Part shown: positions 34,532-36,382 of the stretch, piece after piece
How positions within the stretch are numbered: the first letter of the stretch is position 1
Layout: each line of letters opens with the position of its first letter
Virus record (IMG/VR): IMGVR_UViG_3300037991_005016
Span: 1-36,382 of that record
DNA from: a virus
Lineage: Duplodnaviria > Caudoviricetes
DNA: 36,382 nt
Direction: 5' to 3' (one strand)
Notes under the pieces: model-generated
The model's input: the letters and a program-made list of their open reading frames with translations, nothing else
Database searches by the model: none
What the model was told of the DNA's origin: nothing
Made by a program: the position numbers and the translations under genes

Positions 34532-34635
34532 TTCTTATCACCTGTTATCAAATCTTTCTTTTGTTTGCTTTCTGCCTCATCTAATTCCTTTGATTTTGCA
34601 TCAAACCAACTATCTAAGTAATTACACCTTGTCAT
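34528..34635 (-). CDS. Small 35-aa protein, absent from ORF track
   Basis: Manual translation MTRCNYLDSWFDAKSKELDEAESKQKKDLITGDKK; AGGTGA RBS; stop overlaps next ATG (ATGA). Confidence 0.65.
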   Translation of the reverse strand: MTRCNYLDSWFDAKSKELDEAESKQKKDLITGDKK

Positions 34636-34636
34636 A

Positions 34637-34939
34637 TTATTCACCTTCAACAATTCTTTTTACATTGTTTAACATTGTATTCTTTACTATTTCATACAGT
34701 CTTTTATCTTTAATAAAAAATGGAGTAATAATTATTGTGTATTTTTTTCCTAGCCATTCCGATGAGTAATATAAATTTGCCTCTCTAAGTAATTTAATAA
34801 TTTTTATCATATCATCACTTCTCGCAAATTCATCATCAATATACGCAGTATAAACTCGCTTATTGTTAGGGTCGCCAGTGCGCTCGCCTTCTTCTATCTT
34901 AAACTCAATTTTTTGTTTAAGAATATCTTCCCATGTCAT
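34637..34939 (-). CDS. W-tagged hypothetical protein
   Basis: Start moved to ATG 34939 (MTWEDILKQ); the GTG in the ORF track is part of the AGGTGA RBS. Confidence 0.72.
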   Translation of the reverse strand: MTWEDILKQKIEFKIEEGERTGDPNNKRVYTAYIDDEFARSDDMIKIIKLLREANLYYSSEWLGKKYTIIITPFFIKDKRLYEIVKNTMLNNVKRIVEGE

Positions 34940-34948
34940 ATTATTCAC

Positions 34949-35191
34949 CTATTCATATAATTCATATAATGCTTCTATATCAGTAAACTTCTCTAATAGG
35001 TTAATAGCGGCTTTTGCTAAAGGTCTAGCATCTACATATTCCGTATGTTTCCCATGTCTATTTACAACCATTTTTCCTTCTTTCTCCTCGCTCATAATAT
35101 AAATTATACCATCAACATAATGTTTAACTTTATTTAGAACAGTGATGGGTTTTTCAGGTATGTTCTTTTTAATCTCATCTTTCCATGTCAT
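34949..35191 (-). CDS. W-tagged hypothetical protein
   Basis: Start moved to ATG 35191 (MTWKDEIKK). Confidence 0.72.
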   Translation of the reverse strand: MTWKDEIKKNIPEKPITVLNKVKHYVDGIIYIMSEEKEGKMVVNRHGKHTEYVDARPLAKAAINLLEKFTDIEALYELYE

Positions 35192-35200
35192 ATTATTCAC

Positions 35201-35587
35201 CTAAATTTTAAAATCCTTTTCTCCAAATATTTTACTAATCATCTTACTCAAAGTAATACGGCTAGCACCCGCAGTAGCCCATTCTTCTCCATCTCTTGAG
35301 GCTTGGAGTAAAGTATATCTCAAAATATATTCTCTTTCATCCATACCTTTCAAATATTTGTCTTCTGTTCCATCCTCTTTCATTTCATGTAAATTTGCTT
35401 GAGCATCTTCATAATATTTCATAGCCTTACCATCGGTCATTCTATACAATATCTTTAAAAATATCTCCAATAATTCATCTTGGTCGTATTCATTAATTAA
35501 GAAATAAAGAGAAGACCGGCCTCTCCTGTCAAAAGGCCCTCTAATTCCTCTTTTAGTTTTTTTAGCAATTATATCTTCCCATGTCAT
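35201..35587 (-). CDS. W-tagged hypothetical protein
   Basis: Start moved to ATG 35587 (MTWEDIIAKK). Confidence 0.72.
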   Translation of the reverse strand: MTWEDIIAKKTKRGIRGPFDRRGRSSLYFLINEYDQDELLEIFLKILYRMTDGKAMKYYEDAQANLHEMKEDGTEDKYLKGMDEREYILRYTLLQASRDGEEWATAGASRITLSKMISKIFGEKDFKI

Positions 35588-35612
35588 ATTATTCACCTTT
35601 TATTTTAAACGA

Positions 35613-35930
35613 CTTTTTCAAAAATTTTTCTAGGAATTTTTTTCTTTCTTTCTTTTAGCCTCTTGTTCTAAATCATATGCCCCACTTGACATATAGGCTT
35701 CTCTCATACCATCGGGTGTATTTGCTCTATCTCTTGCTATCCTTTCATCCATAGCCTTAAATCGAGCCTTATCGTCTTTAGCCCTTTCCTCATATTCTCT
35801 TTTTTCTCGGTCAAATACAAGTTTTTGATACTCCTTTTCTTGTTCGGGAGTCATATACTTTACTTTGTCTTTTTTAACAATATCTTTCCAATTCATTTAA
35901 TCATCTCCTTTTTCAAAAATTTTTCTAGGA
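35613..35930. repeat. 23-bp direct repeat CTTTTTCAAAAATTTTTCTAGGA flanking one gene
   Basis: Identical copies at 35613-35635 and 35908-35930; partial copy TTTTTCAAAAA near 36191-36201. Confidence 0.85.
35630..35896 (-). CDS. W-tagged charged protein
   Basis: 88 aa, MNWKDIVKK, GGAGATGA RBS. Confidence 0.72.
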   Translation of the reverse strand: MNWKDIVKKDKVKYMTPEQEKEYQKLVFDREKREYEERAKDDKARFKAMDERIARDRANTPDGMREAYMSSGAYDLEQEAKRKKEKNS

Positions 35931-36176
35931 TTTGTCATAGCCTTGCCTCGCCTCTTTTATGAAGGCTAATCCATTTTCCATATTCCTAGAAACAGACTTC
36001 TTTATGTAGTCTATTTCCTTAAGAAGAGTATCTTTATCTGCTTCTTGTTTAATCTCATCTTCAAGCCTCATCACTTGTGTGGATAATCTACCCATGTCAA
36101 ATTTAAAGAACTCTAATATTTTGAAATACCTTTGGTCGGATATTTTTTCTTTTTTAATCGTATTTTCCCAATTCAT
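35925..36176 (-). CDS. W-tagged helical protein
   Basis: 83 aa, MNWENTIKK. Confidence 0.72.
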   Translation of the reverse strand: MNWENTIKKEKISDQRYFKILEFFKFDMGRLSTQVMRLEDEIKQEADKDTLLKEIDYIKKSVSRNMENGLAFIKEARQGYDKS

Positions 36177-36276
36177 TCAATTTCAACTCTTTTTTCAAAA
36201 AATGTGGCGGAATTTTTGTGGCACTAGCGAAAAAAAATTTTTGTTTATTTATGTATTTCCACAATAAAACCTTAAC

Positions 36277-36381
36277 TTAGAATAGTTTATCTTGTTTAGT
36301 ATTACCATAGTTCTTAAATCTTTCATCTTTATCAGTTGTTGATTTAACATCTTGTATATACTTAATTAGTTTTCTTAACTC
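36277..36381 (-). CDS. 3-prime end of a gene truncated by the window edge
   Basis: Open frame ELRKLIKYIQDVKSTTDKDERFKNYGNTKQDKLF-stop running in from the edge. Confidence 0.45.
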   Translation of the reverse strand, partial: ELRKLIKYIQDVKSTTDKDERFKNYGNTKQDKLF

Positions 36382-36382
36382 A

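Larger units (their letters stand above)
34630..35598. repeat. Junction repeat family B, (CCA)TGTCATATTATTCACCT, 4 copies
   Basis: Copies at 34630-34646, 34931-34950, 35183-35202, 35579-35598; minus strand AGGTGAATAATATGACA(TGG) = RBS + ATG + Thr(-Trp). Confidence 0.92.

Noticed and set aside
1201-36267. All plus-strand ORFs in the track (e.g. 1201-1629, 15118-15678, 25464-25886)
   Set aside because: They lie almost entirely antisense to well-supported minus-strand genes and show the Phe/Ser/Leu-rich composition expected from reverse-complementing Lys/Glu codons
1-36382. Diversity-generating retroelement, integron integrase, transposase, tRNA genes, or stop-codon reassignment
   Set aside because: No reverse transcriptase, recombinase or transposase motifs seen; almost no intergenic room or cloverleaf for tRNAs; TAA, TAG and TGA all end tightly packed genes under the standard code

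Overview
AT-rich window (roughly 30% GC by eye), densely coding, with essentially every real gene on the minus strand. It looks like the head-morphogenesis and packaging region of a tailed (Caudoviricetes, HK97-fold) archaeal virus, most resembling magroviruses of Marine Group II/Poseidoniales. That assignment is an inference from gene order, protein motifs and GGTGA/GGAG ribosome-binding sites. Core genes in transcription order: probable small terminase, large terminase, LAGLIDADG-domain protein, portal with two Zn-ribbon insertions, ATP-dependent DNA ligase-like protein, prohead protease/scaffold, major capsid protein, small virion proteins, then a membrane-protein plus Arf/Sar1-like small GTPase module. 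The most striking feature is about 24 otherwise unrelated short genes that all start with the same peptide, M-[S/T/N/K]?-W-x-x-[I/V/L/E]-[L/I/V]-K. A similar peptide occurs at the C-terminus of the scaffold (WSDIHK). These genes sit in tandem arrays whose junctions are near-identical 17-26 bp DNA repeats. My hypothesis is a modular capsid-targeting tag plus an exchangeable cargo cassette system, with cargo including ADP-ribosyltransferase-like, GNAT, EF-hand, Cys-rich and basic domains. No tRNA, rRNA, CRISPR array or transposase was recognised. All family calls are from motif recognition only; no database searches were run.
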